A stretch of 64,000 nt of DNA, from assembly GCA_014237395.1 (NCBI GenBank), contig JABZFP010000041.1:273742-337741 (forward strand). Direction: 5' to 3'. Below the pieces are notes generated by a model. That model made no database searches and had not been told where the DNA came from. It saw nothing but the letters and a program-made list of their open reading frames with translations. This stretch comes from Desulfobacteraceae bacterium. Its GTDB lineage: Bacteria > Desulfobacterota > Desulfobacteria > Desulfobacterales > UBA5852. Shown here one piece after another: positions 37,061 through 46,766 of the stretch (position 1 is the first letter of the stretch; each line of letters opens with the position of its first letter). Made by a program: the position numbers and the translations under genes.

Positions 37061-40000
37061 ATGGTGCCATTGACTGTCCGATCCCATTACTCCCTCATGT
37101 GGGGAACATCCTCCGTCAGGCGGCTGTGCCGGGCGGCGCGGCGCATGGGCTACACGCGCCTGGCCCTGACGGATACGGACAACCTTTACGGACTGTGGCC
37201 GTTTCTGGCGGCCTGCCGGCGTGAAGGCATGACGCCCATCGTGGGGGCCGAGGTCACTGATCCGGAGGGCCGCGGCCGGGCGGTTTGCCTGGTGGCCAAT
37301 GCTGCCGGCTACGGAAACCTCTGCCGCCTGCTGACGGCCCGTCACATGGCGGGTGCCTTCCGTTTGGCGACGGCCCTGCCCGACCGGGCGGAGGGCCTGG
37401 TGGTCCTGACCGGGACGCCCGATCTGCTCGAACGCTGGCATGCCGCCGGTGTTCGGGTGGCGGCGGCCCTGCCCCGGCGACCGCTGCCCGCGGCCCATCC
37501 CTTGCGGCAGATTGCCCGCCGCAACCGTCTCCCGGTGGTGGCGACGCCGGGCAGTTTTTTTCTGGACCCGGGTGAGCATGCCACGCATCGTCTTTTGCGG
37601 GCCATCGATCGGAAAACAGCCCTGGATCGCCTTGCGGTACAAGACGTGGCACCGGCCGACGCCTGGCTGGCCCCGCCCGCCCGTTATCGCCAGCGGTTTG
37701 CCGCCTGCCCCGAGGCGGTTGCGGCGACGCATGCCCTGGCGGAAGAACTGACGTTTACCGGTCCGGCATTCGGCCTGGTGATGCCACCCTGGCCAACGGA
37801 GGACGGTCAAAAGATCCCGCCGGATGCCGCTTTGCGAAAATCAGCTTACCGCGGTGCCCGGCGCCGCTACGGACGCGAATTGCCGGAAACCGTGGTGGAT
37901 CGGCTGGAACACGAACTGCAAGTGATCGCCCACATGGGGTTTTCCACTTATTTTCTTGTGGTGCGGGATATCGTTCGTCCCAGTTCACGCACGTGCGGGC
38001 GGGGGTCGGGTGCCGCCTCGTTGGTGGCCTACTGCCTGGGCATTACCAACGTCTGCCCGATCAAGCACAATCTCTATTTCGAGCGCTTCCTGAATCCCGG
38101 TCGAACCGATCCGCCCGACATCGATGTGGATTTTGCCTGGGACGAACGCGATGCCGTGCAGCAGGCCGTGCTGGCAACCTACGGGGAGCACGCGGCCATG
38201 GTGTGCACCCATATCCGGTTTCAGCCCCGCATGGCGGTGCGGGAAACAGCCCGGGTCTACGGATTGACCGAAGGGGAGATCGGCCGTGTCACCCGCCGTC
38301 TGCCCTGGTACTGGCGGACGGACGGTCCGCCCGAGGCCCTTTTGGCGGCGGTCCGCCAGCGGCCGGAAGCGCGGTCGCTGACGTTTCCGGCACCCTGGCC
38401 GGAAATCCTGTCCCACGCCGAACGGATTGTGGGCATTCCCCGTCATCTGTCCGTTCACTCGGGCGGGGTCGTCATCACCCCGGCCCCGGTGGACCACTAT
38501 GTTCCGGTGCAGCGGGCCGCCAAGGGGGTGCCCATCATCCAGTGGGAAAAGGATGCCACGGAAGACGCCGGCCTGGTCAAGATCGATCTTTTGGGCAACC
38601 GCAGCCTGGGCGTGATCCGGGATGCCCTGGCCAACGTCCGGACGTCCGGCGGCCAACTCGACGAACAGCGCTGGGAACCGGAAGAAGATTTCGCCACCCA
38701 GGAAGCCGTGGCCCAGGGCAAAACCATGGGCTGTTTCTACATCGAAAGCCCGGCCATGCGGCTGCTTCAGAAAAAAGCCGGCGTCGGGGATTTCGCGCAT
38801 CTTGTGATCCACAGCAGCATCATCCGCCCGGCGGCCAATGAATTCATCCAGGAATATATCCGTCGCCTCCACGGCGGCGCCTGGGATCCGATTCATCCTT
38901 TGCTGACCGATGTGCTGGCGGAAACGTTCGGGATCATGGTCTACCAGGAGGATGTGTCCCGGGCGGCGGTTGCCCTGGCCGGGTTTTCCCATGCCGAGGC
39001 GGATCGCCTGCGCAAGGTGATGTCCAAAAAGGACCGCGAATGTCATCTGAAGGATTTCCGTGCGCAGTTTTTGGCCGGGGCCCGGGCCAACGGCATCGCC
39101 GTCCCGACCATCGAAGCCGTGTGGGATATGATGATGAGCTTCAGCGGCTATTCGTTTTGCAAACCCCACAGTGCTTCTTATGCCCGGGTGTCTTTCCAGG
39201 CCGCCTACCTCAAGGTGCACCATCCTGCTGAATTCATGGCGGCGGTCATCAGCAACCAGGGCGGCTACTACGCCACCTTCGCGTATGTATCCGAGGCGCG
39301 GCGCATGGGGCTGCGGGTGTTGCCGCCCGATATGACCGATAGTCGGCAGCGATGGACCGGTCGGGGGGCCACCGTGCGTGTGGGCCTGCAGGCCGTCAAA
39401 GGGCTGGGGTCCGCTACCGCCGCCCGCATCGTTGCGGCCCGCCGCCGGCAGCCATTCCGTGATGCGACGGATTTTTTGAACCGAGTTCGACCGGACGAGA
39501 CAGAGGCCCAGGCCCTGATTCGTTGTGGCGCCCTGGACGCCCTGGCGGGGTCGGGCGGTCGGGCGGGGTTGATGTGGACGCTGGCCTGCTGGCAGCGGCG
39601 CTGTGACCGACCGCCGGTGCACGACACGCTGTTCGAGGCGCCGACAGAAAAGCCCCCGCCCGGATTGCCGGAGGAGGATGCCTTGGAGCGGCTGCGGCGT
39701 GAATTTACCGTCCTGGGGTTTTTGTGCGATCGTCACCCCATCCGTCTTTACGCCGGCCTGCTGCAATCCCGGAAAACGGTCAAGGCGCAAGATCTGGGCC
39801 TCTGGCTGGGGCGGCGAGTGCGTTTCGGGGGCTGGTTTATCGCCGGCAAAGTGGTGCACACCAAGCAGGGTGACCCCATGGAGTTTTTAACCTTTGAAGA
39901 TGAAACCGACACGATTGAAACCACCTTTTTCCCGGCGATCTATCACCGTTTTTGCCACATGTTGGATTGGGGGCGGCCCTATCTGTTGACCGGCCGCGTG

Positions 40001-40177
40001 GAGACGGACTGGGGGGCGGTTACTCTGACCGTAGACCATATCGCCCCGTTGCCGCCGCTCCGCTCCCTGACGGAAGCGCGGGAGGAGGTATTGCACCGGG
40101 AATCGGAAATGGTTAAGCTGATCTCTCAGGCGGGCGACGGCGGCAGACCCGGGCGCGGGCTGGCGGCTTCCCGTTGA
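37061..40177 (+). CDS. dnaE2: Error-prone DNA polymerase III alpha-like subunit DnaE2 (ImuC).
   Basis: 1038 aa. N-terminal PHP domain (LALTDTDNLYG). Pol III alpha core (GRGSGAASLVAYCLGIT, PDIDVDF). OB-fold C-terminus. Sits downstream of imuB. Confidence 0.9.
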   Translation: MVPLTVRSHYSLMWGTSSVRRLCRAARRMGYTRLALTDTDNLYGLWPFLAACRREGMTPIVGAEVTDPEGRGRAVCLVANAAGYGNLCRLLTARHMAGAFRLATALPDRAEGLVVLTGTPDLLERWHAAGVRVAAALPRRPLPAAHPLRQIARRNRLPVVATPGSFFLDPGEHATHRLLRAIDRKTALDRLAVQDVAPADAWLAPPARYRQRFAACPEAVAATHALAEELTFTGPAFGLVMPPWPTEDGQKIPPDAALRKSAYRGARRRYGRELPETVVDRLEHELQVIAHMGFSTYFLVVRDIVRPSSRTCGRGSGAASLVAYCLGITNVCPIKHNLYFERFLNPGRTDPPDIDVDFAWDERDAVQQAVLATYGEHAAMVCTHIRFQPRMAVRETARVYGLTEGEIGRVTRRLPWYWRTDGPPEALLAAVRQRPEARSLTFPAPWPEILSHAERIVGIPRHLSVHSGGVVITPAPVDHYVPVQRAAKGVPIIQWEKDATEDAGLVKIDLLGNRSLGVIRDALANVRTSGGQLDEQRWEPEEDFATQEAVAQGKTMGCFYIESPAMRLLQKKAGVGDFAHLVIHSSIIRPAANEFIQEYIRRLHGGAWDPIHPLLTDVLAETFGIMVYQEDVSRAAVALAGFSHAEADRLRKVMSKKDRECHLKDFRAQFLAGARANGIAVPTIEAVWDMMMSFSGYSFCKPHSASYARVSFQAAYLKVHHPAEFMAAVISNQGGYYATFAYVSEARRMGLRVLPPDMTDSRQRWTGRGATVRVGLQAVKGLGSATAARIVAARRRQPFRDATDFLNRVRPDETEAQALIRCGALDALAGSGGRAGLMWTLACWQRRCDRPPVHDTLFEAPTEKPPPGLPEEDALERLRREFTVLGFLCDRHPIRLYAGLLQSRKTVKAQDLGLWLGRRVRFGGWFIAGKVVHTKQGDPMEFLTFEDETDTIETTFFPAIYHRFCHMLDWGRPYLLTGRVETDWGAVTLTVDHIAPLPPLRSLTEAREEVLHRESEMVKLISQAGDGGRPGRGLAASR

Positions 40178-40207
40178 TCCGCGATGACGACAGGAGGGGG
40201 AGAACCG

Positions 40208-40834
40208 ATGCGAAAACAACGATGGACAGCCGTATGGGCGTTATCGACCGTCCTGCTGGCGTTACTGGGGGCGTGTGCGACACCGATCACCCACCCGGTA
40301 AAAATGGGCTACAGCGGCCATTCAGGTCTTGCGGTCGAACAGCCGGTGGCGGTGGGAATTCAGGCCTTTCGCGACCAGCGCACCGAAGGCGATCGCTATG
40401 TGATCGGCTACCGCCAGATAGGGCGCGGGGAGCGTGAGCGGTATGTCGCCAGTCCGGACGACATGGCCCGTTCGGTGACCCGTATGGCCGGCGAGCTCAT
40501 TCGTCAAAAGGGCGGCACGCCGGATGTTTTGAAGGGCTGGGACTATTCGCCGGAGCAGATGCTGGCCCTGTCGGATGCCTTCGATGTCTTTGTCGGGGGC
40601 GACATCCAGCAGCTACGGTGTGATGCCGAAAAACGGCTGATGCACACCCGCATGGTGATGGAACTGGAGATGGTGGTGTATGTGGGCAAGGTCCGGGAGG
40701 GCATCGTGCACCGGCGTCCGGTGCGTATGCGCAGCGAGCGTGTTGCGGCCACCTTCGGGCCCCGCGAGCTGGAGCGGTTTTTGAATGACATGGTGTCCGA
40801 GGCCCTGGAAACAGGCTGTCGGGACATTCCCTGA
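40208..40834 (+). CDS. Hypothetical lipoprotein.
   Basis: AGGAGG RBS. Lipobox LLALLGAC. Begins 31 nt after the dnaE2 stop. Confidence 0.6.
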   Translation: MRKQRWTAVWALSTVLLALLGACATPITHPVKMGYSGHSGLAVEQPVAVGIQAFRDQRTEGDRYVIGYRQIGRGERERYVASPDDMARSVTRMAGELIRQKGGTPDVLKGWDYSPEQMLALSDAFDVFVGGDIQQLRCDAEKRLMHTRMVMELEMVVYVGKVREGIVHRRPVRMRSERVAATFGPRELERFLNDMVSEALETGCRDIP

Positions 40835-40860
40835 GAGCGGCCGGCAAGACCGCGCCGCCC

Positions 40861-41658
40861 TCAGAGGATGGTTTTCAGGCAACGGTTGACCTGGGCGAAA
40901 AGCGTCGTTGGCAATGCCAGCAGGTGGATACCGGCGGTCTGGCCTTCCAGAAACTCGGCAATGGGAAACTTTGTCCCGTCCAGCCGCATGAAATGGCCGC
41001 CGGCCGCTTCCAAAATAACCCGCACGGCGGCCAGATCCTGGTAGGATTCATTTGCGATGAGGGCGGCCTCCGCACACCCCGTGGCGACATAACAGATATG
41101 GGCGGAGGTGCACCCGAGGTTGAGCTGCTTGCCGGGGAATCCATTTTCGTAGTGCTGGTGAAAGCGCGAATAGGTCAGCAGGACGCTTTCATCGTTGATG
41201 CTCTCCTGGGGGGAGACCTGAATGGTCTGTGTTCCCCGGAAGGCCTTCTGCCCCGCCACGGCATGGAATAAATCCCCGGTGGCCGGCATGAAAAAGGCGC
41301 CGAGCACCGGCCATTTGTTGTCCAGCAGTGCGATGGACATCCCCCAGACCGGGATGCCGGCCATAAAATTGGACATGCCGTCCAGGGGATCGAAAATCCA
41401 TACATAGCGCTTGGCATCGTGGGTGTAGGCTTCATCCGGATTTTGACCGTCGAAGCAATGGTGGTCGGGGAATCGTGCCTGGAGCGCTTTCTGGAAAAGC
41501 CGGTTCAACTGCAGTTCGGTCCGCGTAATGAGGGTTTCGTCAAATTTGACCTGGGGCGCACCGTGGCCGTAGAATTCGAGCGCTTCCTCCCCGGCTTTCT
41601 TGATAAAGTCAATGGCGAACGACTGCAGATCTTCGATGGGCACGTAGTCCTTGTCCAA
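40861..41658 (-). CDS. Inositol monophosphatase family protein (SuhB/CysQ-like).
   Basis: WIFDPLDGMSNF and later GCTSAHICYVATG motifs. The probable start is TTG at 41658, preceded by GGGAGG; the ORF opens at 41736. Confidence 0.8.
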   Translation of the reverse strand: MDKDYVPIEDLQSFAIDFIKKAGEEALEFYGHGAPQVKFDETLITRTELQLNRLFQKALQARFPDHHCFDGQNPDEAYTHDAKRYVWIFDPLDGMSNFMAGIPVWGMSIALLDNKWPVLGAFFMPATGDLFHAVAGQKAFRGTQTIQVSPQESINDESVLLTYSRFHQHYENGFPGKQLNLGCTSAHICYVATGCAEAALIANESYQDLAAVRVILEAAGGHFMRLDGTKFPIAEFLEGQTAGIHLLALPTTLFAQVNRCLKTIL

Positions 41659-41881
41659 GCGTTTCCTCCCCGGTTGATGGTCGGCAGGTTGTCTATTGCA
41701 GAGCTTCACCATAGTATATTGCCGGTCTGTGATCAAGCACGATAGACGGGCGCTGTTTGACCGTGGTGGCCGGGATCTCGTTTGACATCAACCAATTCAG
41801 CTTTAGCTTGACCTTTCCAATAAACTGGTTGATAGTACCCAATTTTGCAACTCGATCGATAATCAATCGGAGGATAAACGG

Positions 41882-42559
41882 ATGGCTTACGAGACCCGCG
41901 AGCAAGTACTTGAGCGCGTGATGCAAATGACAAAACCCAAGTGCCCCCATTGTGATCAAGAAATGAGCCTGTGGGAGGTGCCGCCCATCAATTTCAGCGA
42001 TGGGCTGGGTTGGGGCGAGCCTTTTCTTTTCGTCTGTTTCAACGAGGAATGCCCCGCCTATGTGAATGGCTGGAAGCACTTGGAAGAAAATTATGCCCAT
42101 CGCGCCTCCTACCGCTGCATGAATTACCCGGGCACCACGGTTTTTGAGTTTATGCCGGTCTTCAGCCCGCACGGCGGCACCGGGCAGATGATCGACGATC
42201 AGGTGATCGCCCAGCAGGAGGCGCTCAAAGAGGCCACCAAGAAAGGGTTCAACATTTTAGCGACCTGCTTCGTGGAAAAGGACGGCCCCGCCATTCTGAG
42301 GCTTTTGCTGGATCCGGCCGAGCCCGCCCGGGTACGTATGAAGGCCGCGGAAATGTTGGGTGACGTGGGTGAGCTCGAGGTCATCGAGCCGTTGCGTAGT
42401 TTTAAGGTGGGCAACGATCTCATCCAGAAAAAAGTCGATGAAAGTGTCACCAAAATCCATGCGCGCTTTTATACCCGGGAGTGCCCGTTTTGTGCGGAAA
42501 TCATCAAACAGCGGGCGAAGACCTGCAAGCATTGCGGTAAAGAGGTGGCGGGCGTTTAA
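41882..42559 (+). CDS. Zinc-ribbon / HEAT-repeat protein, hypothetical.
   Basis: N-terminal CPHC...CFNEEC. HEAT-like RVRMKAAEMLGDVGELEVIEPL. C-terminal CPFC-x12-CKHC. RBS GGAGG. Confidence 0.55.
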   Translation: MAYETREQVLERVMQMTKPKCPHCDQEMSLWEVPPINFSDGLGWGEPFLFVCFNEECPAYVNGWKHLEENYAHRASYRCMNYPGTTVFEFMPVFSPHGGTGQMIDDQVIAQQEALKEATKKGFNILATCFVEKDGPAILRLLLDPAEPARVRMKAAEMLGDVGELEVIEPLRSFKVGNDLIQKKVDESVTKIHARFYTRECPFCAEIIKQRAKTCKHCGKEVAGV

Positions 42560-42607
42560 GCAACGCCCATGGCCTGACATCCATATGGCTGGATAGCGGT
42601 GCATGCA

Positions 42608-42649
42608 ACCGATTCGGAAATCGTGTTATTTTCCGGGTCGGTTTTTTTT
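42608..42649 (+). terminator. Rho-independent terminator.
   Basis: ACCGATTCGGAAA-loop-TTTCCGGGTCGGT (2-nt internal mismatch) followed by T8. Confidence 0.6.
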
Positions 42650-43198
42650 GGTCTTGTCGGTGGGGCGGATGATATTGATATTATCCTGATCGTAGGTTCG
42701 AAAGATCAGTTTCTCGCGCTCGACGCGTTCCTTTGGGTAAGGGGCGGAGGGCGCGTCGGCAAGTTGCCGGGCCGCCTCCTGCGGCGACGGCAGCGCGGCC
42801 AGACCATGGGCCACGGCTTGGCCTGTGGCCGTCTCCAGAACGATGGCGTCCCGGCCGTCTGAAACGACACACCAAGGGATCGGGGTGGCGTCGAAAATAC
42901 GGGCGGCGGCCAGGATTTCTCTTTCGCGCGACCCCAATGATCCGGCACAGCATTTAAATGCCATACAGGGCGCCAACGGCTCGCCGGCTTTCACGATCAA
43001 ATCGATCTTGGCATGATAGGGCGTGTCGGCGATCATGACATGGATCGGGGCGTCCACCCACAGGGCATCGCGGGCATAGCCCTTTTCTTCCACCAGGAAC
43101 CGGAGCACGGCCTGCCGGTGGCTTTCTGCGCCCACATCGGGAATACGGTTGCCGGTGAGATAGTCCGTCATGGTCGGCGGGGTCGAAGACGTTGTCAT
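42626..43198 (-). CDS. Hypothetical protein, possibly carrying a type I restriction enzyme HsdR N-terminal-like (PD-(D/E)xK-like) domain.
   Basis: This is a pattern recollection only (KIDLIV...FKCCAG...PWCVVSDG). It lies 23 nt downstream of rsfS on the same strand. Confidence 0.4.
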   Translation of the reverse strand: MTTSSTPPTMTDYLTGNRIPDVGAESHRQAVLRFLVEEKGYARDALWVDAPIHVMIADTPYHAKIDLIVKAGEPLAPCMAFKCCAGSLGSREREILAAARIFDATPIPWCVVSDGRDAIVLETATGQAVAHGLAALPSPQEAARQLADAPSAPYPKERVEREKLIFRTYDQDNINIIRPTDKTKKNRPGK

Positions 43199-43221
43199 GC
43201 GATCCTCTGCGGGAAGTCAAA

Positions 43222-43620
43222 TTAATCGATCGGCGCATCCTGATGGATTTGCCGCTGGTTCCAGTCATCCAGGGCACCTGTGCGGATACGGGGAGCGTCG
43301 GACCAGAGGCCTTCCAGATCGTAAAAACGGCGCACGTCATCATAGAATACATGGATAACGACGTCGCCATAATCCATCAACACCCAATGGCCCTCCTGCA
43401 AGCCTTCGACACTAAGAGGGGGCACCCCCTTTTTCTTCAGATCGGTTCGGATATAGTCGGCGATGGCCGTGACCTGGCGGTTGGAGCGGCCGCTGCAGAT
43501 GATAAAGGTATCGGCCAGAGACGTCAGGCCGCTCACGTCCAGGACAACGATGTCCAAGGCTTTTTTTCCCAGAACGGCCGTCACAAATAGATTCAGCCGG
43601 GGGTCTTTGGTGTCGCTCAT
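43222..43620 (-). CDS. rsfS: Ribosome silencing factor RsfS (iojap).
   Basis: DTFIICSGRSNRQVTAIAD...WVLMDYGDVVIHVF signature. Confidence 0.9.
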   Translation of the reverse strand: MSDTKDPRLNLFVTAVLGKKALDIVVLDVSGLTSLADTFIICSGRSNRQVTAIADYIRTDLKKKGVPPLSVEGLQEGHWVLMDYGDVVIHVFYDDVRRFYDLEGLWSDAPRIRTGALDDWNQRQIHQDAPID

Positions 43621-44288
43621 CGGTAGAGTCCTTTGGCGGCGATGTATTCCCTGACGGACTCGGGAACGAGAAAGTCGATGGCCTGGTTTTGACGGATCTG
43701 ATCCCGAACGCGGGTTGATGAAATATCCATCGCCGTCACATTGTACGTAAAAATAGGCTGTTTTTCACAATGCGTAAAGCAGGGACCGTCCATGGAACAT
43801 TCATAGCCCTGCAGCGCGCCTTCCGACAGCAACGCCGAAACGGCATTGTTGGCGGACGGCTGAATGCGCCCCCGGTGGTCGGGACGATTCATGACGATCA
43901 GAGGGACGATGTGGAGCAGATCCTGATAGGCTTTCCAGGTTTCGATTTCAAGAAAAGCATCCAGGCCCATGATCAGATAGAGCCAGGCATCCTCCGGCAG
44001 ATATTTGCGAAAGGCACATACGGTGTCGATGGTAAAGGACGGCCCCTGTCGTTTGAGTTCTATATCGGAGACGCGCAGCCCCGCATGGCCCGCAATGGCG
44101 CGCTTCACCATTGCCATCCGATCGGCGGCGGACGCCAGATTGGCGTGATCCTTGTGGGGTGGTGACGCCGCCGGAATAAGATACAGGGCATCGAGCCCAA
44201 ATCCCTCGCGAAGCTCGACAGCGGCACGCAGATGTCCGAGATGAATCGGATTGAAGGTTCCTCCGAAAATGCCAATTTTTTTGGCCAT
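43617..44288 (-). CDS. nadD: Nicotinate-nucleotide adenylyltransferase.
   Basis: GIFGGTFNPIHLGHL motif. ISSTRVR near the C-terminus. Confidence 0.9.
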   Translation of the reverse strand: MAKKIGIFGGTFNPIHLGHLRAAVELREGFGLDALYLIPAASPPHKDHANLASAADRMAMVKRAIAGHAGLRVSDIELKRQGPSFTIDTVCAFRKYLPEDAWLYLIMGLDAFLEIETWKAYQDLLHIVPLIVMNRPDHRGRIQPSANNAVSALLSEGALQGYECSMDGPCFTHCEKQPIFTYNVTAMDISSTRVRDQIRQNQAIDFLVPESVREYIAAKGLYR

Positions 44289-44339
44289 GTCGTTCCATCT
44301 TCCGAACCAACCGCCGGGCCGTTCAAAACTTTCCTGCGG

Positions 44340-45488
44340 TCAGTTGGCAGTCGTTTCGGTCAATACCAGATTGTCGCGGTGGATGACCTCGTCATAGGGC
44401 TTTTCACCCAGGCAGTCCGTGATCTGGGCTGATTTAAGCCCTTTGATTTTACGGATGTCGCTGGCCGCGTAGTTCACTAAACCGTTGCCGAGAACCGCGC
44501 CTTCGCTGTTCATAAATTGAACGGGGTCGCCCACGCTGAACTCCCCGATGACGCGAACGATGCCGCTTGGCAGCAAGCTTTTTCCGCGGCCTTGGATCGC
44601 ACGCACAGCGCCCTCATCAATGATAATGGCGCCTTTGGGCTTCAAAGAGAAGGCCAACCAGCATTTTCGGCTGGAGAGGCGCTCGGTGCGGGGCACGAAA
44701 AAGGTGCCCGACGGGGACCCGCGGAACAAGCGGCGCAGAATATCGGGCTGGGTGCCGTTGGCGATGACCATGGGAATACCGGCCGCGGTGACCTTGCGGG
44801 CGGCTTTGATTTTGGTCAGCATGCCGCCGGTCCCCAATGCTCCGGGGATTTCTCCGGCATAGCGTTCGATGTCTTTGCCGATCGTGTCGATTTCCGGCAG
44901 CAGCTGGGCGTCGGCAAAGACGCGGGGGTCCTTGTTATAGAGCCCGTCAATGTCCGTCAGGTTGATCAACAGGTCCGCATCCATGAGCAACGCAATCACG
45001 GCCGCCAGATTGTCATTGTCGCCGAACTTGATTTCCTCCACCATCACGGTGTCGTTCTCGTTGACTATGGGAACGACACCCCACTCCAACAAGGTGTTGA
45101 GGGTGTTGCGGGCGTTCAGATACCGCTTGCGGTTGGTCATGTCCTCGGCGGTGAGAAGGATTTGGGCAACTTTGCGGTCATCCCGGTCGAAAGCATTTTC
45201 GTAAGCCAGGATGAGTCCGGCCTGACCCACGGCGGCCACGGCCTGCCGGGCCGGTATGGCGCTGGGGCGCTCGGGCAGCTGGAGTTTGCGCATCCCGGCG
45301 GCCATGGCGCCGGAGGAAACCAGGATAACTTGTCGGCCGGCGCTCATCAGGTGGCCGATTTCATGACTGATCGACGCGATCACCGGGAGATTCAGACCTT
45401 GATCCAGTGTGAGAACATTGCTGCCGACTTTCACCACGACACGGCGGGCCTGGGAAAATTGATGGCGGGTGTTCATCATCCTATTCAT
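44340..45488 (-). CDS. proB: Glutamate 5-kinase with a PUA domain.
   Basis: VVKVGSNVL, FGDNDNLAA, GTGGMLTK motifs. Confidence 0.9.
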   Translation of the reverse strand: MNRMMNTRHQFSQARRVVVKVGSNVLTLDQGLNLPVIASISHEIGHLMSAGRQVILVSSGAMAAGMRKLQLPERPSAIPARQAVAAVGQAGLILAYENAFDRDDRKVAQILLTAEDMTNRKRYLNARNTLNTLLEWGVVPIVNENDTVMVEEIKFGDNDNLAAVIALLMDADLLINLTDIDGLYNKDPRVFADAQLLPEIDTIGKDIERYAGEIPGALGTGGMLTKIKAARKVTAAGIPMVIANGTQPDILRRLFRGSPSGTFFVPRTERLSSRKCWLAFSLKPKGAIIIDEGAVRAIQGRGKSLLPSGIVRVIGEFSVGDPVQFMNSEGAVLGNGLVNYAASDIRKIKGLKSAQITDCLGEKPYDEVIHRDNLVLTETTAN

Positions 45489-46476
45489 CGTCCAAAAGCT
45501 GCGTAAGTTTTGATTTCAGCGTTTCCAGGCCGTCACCCGTCTGGGCGGATATCGATAAAATATCCATATCGGGCAGCGCTTTACGGAAACCCTCGGCTTT
45601 CTGGTCGGCCCCCGGCAGATCCAGTTTATTGAGAACGATCAGTTGGGTTCGATCGCGGAGTGACGGTTTATAGAGGGCCAGTTCACGATTTATCGTGTCC
45701 AGAGCCGCCAACGGGCGGTCAGGATCGATCCCGTCCGTGTCGATCAGGTGCACCAGTATGCGGGTCCGTTCGATATGCTTCAGGAATCGGTGACCCAGAC
45801 CGGCCCCTAGATGCGCACCGTCAATCAAACCGGGGATGTCAGCAACGACAAAGGGTTCGGCCCAGTCGGTCCGTACAACGCCCAGATGGGGGTTCAGCGT
45901 GGTAAACGGATAGCTGGCCGTTTTAGGGCGGGCGGCCGAAATGGCCCCCACGAGTGTCGATTTGCCGGCGTTCGGCAACCCGATGATGCCTACATCGGCG
46001 AGCAGTTTGAGCTCCAGTTTGACCTTGAGGGTGATGCCGGATTCGCCCGGTTGGGCATACCGCGGGGCGCGGTTGGTGGATGATTTGAACCGGGTATTGC
46101 CAAGCCCGCCTCGGCCCCCCCGGGCAATGACATACCGTTCGTCCGGCGCGGCTATGTCCTTGATCAGCGTGCCGTCATCGGCATTCAGAATGAGAGTGCC
46201 CGGCGGGATTTCAATAATGAGGTCGGCGCCATTGCGTCCGGTCTTCTGAGCCCCTTGACCGTGGCCGCCGTTGGCGGCCTTGAACTGGCGTTTGAATTGA
46301 AATTGTTGCAGGGTGCGTTTGCGGTGAGTTGTTACAAGAACGACATCGCCGCCCTTGCCGCCGTCACCACCATCCGGTCCGCCCCGGGGTATGAATTTTT
46401 CACGCCGGAAGCTCAGACATCCGCGTCCGCCGTCCCCGGACTGAACGGTAATGGTTGCTTCATCAATGAATTTCAC
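45481..46476 (-). CDS. obg: GTPase Obg/CgtA.
   Basis: MKFIDEA...GGDGGRGC Obg fold. [10 protein letters not shown]-loop. DIPGLI. Confidence 0.95.
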   Translation of the reverse strand: MKFIDEATITVQSGDGGRGCLSFRREKFIPRGGPDGGDGGKGGDVVLVTTHRKRTLQQFQFKRQFKAANGGHGQGAQKTGRNGADLIIEIPPGTLILNADDGTLIKDIAAPDERYVIARGGRGGLGNTRFKSSTNRAPRYAQPGESGITLKVKLELKLLADVGIIGLPNAGKSTLVGAISAARPKTASYPFTTLNPHLGVVRTDWAEPFVVADIPGLIDGAHLGAGLGHRFLKHIERTRILVHLIDTDGIDPDRPLAALDTINRELALYKPSLRDRTQLIVLNKLDLPGADQKAEGFRKALPDMDILSISAQTGDGLETLKSKLTQLLDDE

Positions 46477-46727
46477 TCGTTATAAACGCTGACTTTTTTC
46501 TTGGCGCGTCCCAGACGTTCGTAGGATACAACGCCGTCGACTTTGGCAAAAAGGGTATAGTCTTTGCCCATGCCCACATTGTCACCGGGATGAATGCGGG
46601 TGCCCAACTGGCGCACCAGAATATTGCCGGCCAGAACTTTTTCACCGCCAAAGCACTTGATACCGCGCCGCTGGGCGTTGCTGTCGCGACCGTTTTTGGA
46701 ACTACCACCTGCTTTTTTATGTGCCAT
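46473..46727 (-). CDS. rpmA: 50S ribosomal protein L27.
   Basis: [22 protein letters not shown]. Confidence 0.95.
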   Translation of the reverse strand: MAHKKAGGSSKNGRDSNAQRRGIKCFGGEKVLAGNILVRQLGTRIHPGDNVGMGKDYTLFAKVDGVVSYERLGRAKKKVSVYNE

Positions 46728-46766
46728 GATGCATACTCCTCACGCCTGAACCGGCATGTTGCCGTT

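Noticed and set aside
37985-39859. 624-aa ORF antisense to dnaE2. Similar long antisense ORFs lie at 27247-28377 (opposite metX), 44517-45506 (opposite proB), 61770-63134 (opposite the flavoenzyme gene), and 35526-36260 and 36291-36986 (opposite imuB).
   Set aside because: These are typical high-GC shadow ORFs. Their products are Arg/Gly/Pro/His-rich and low-complexity with no recognisable motif. The opposite strand encodes proteins with clear family signatures.
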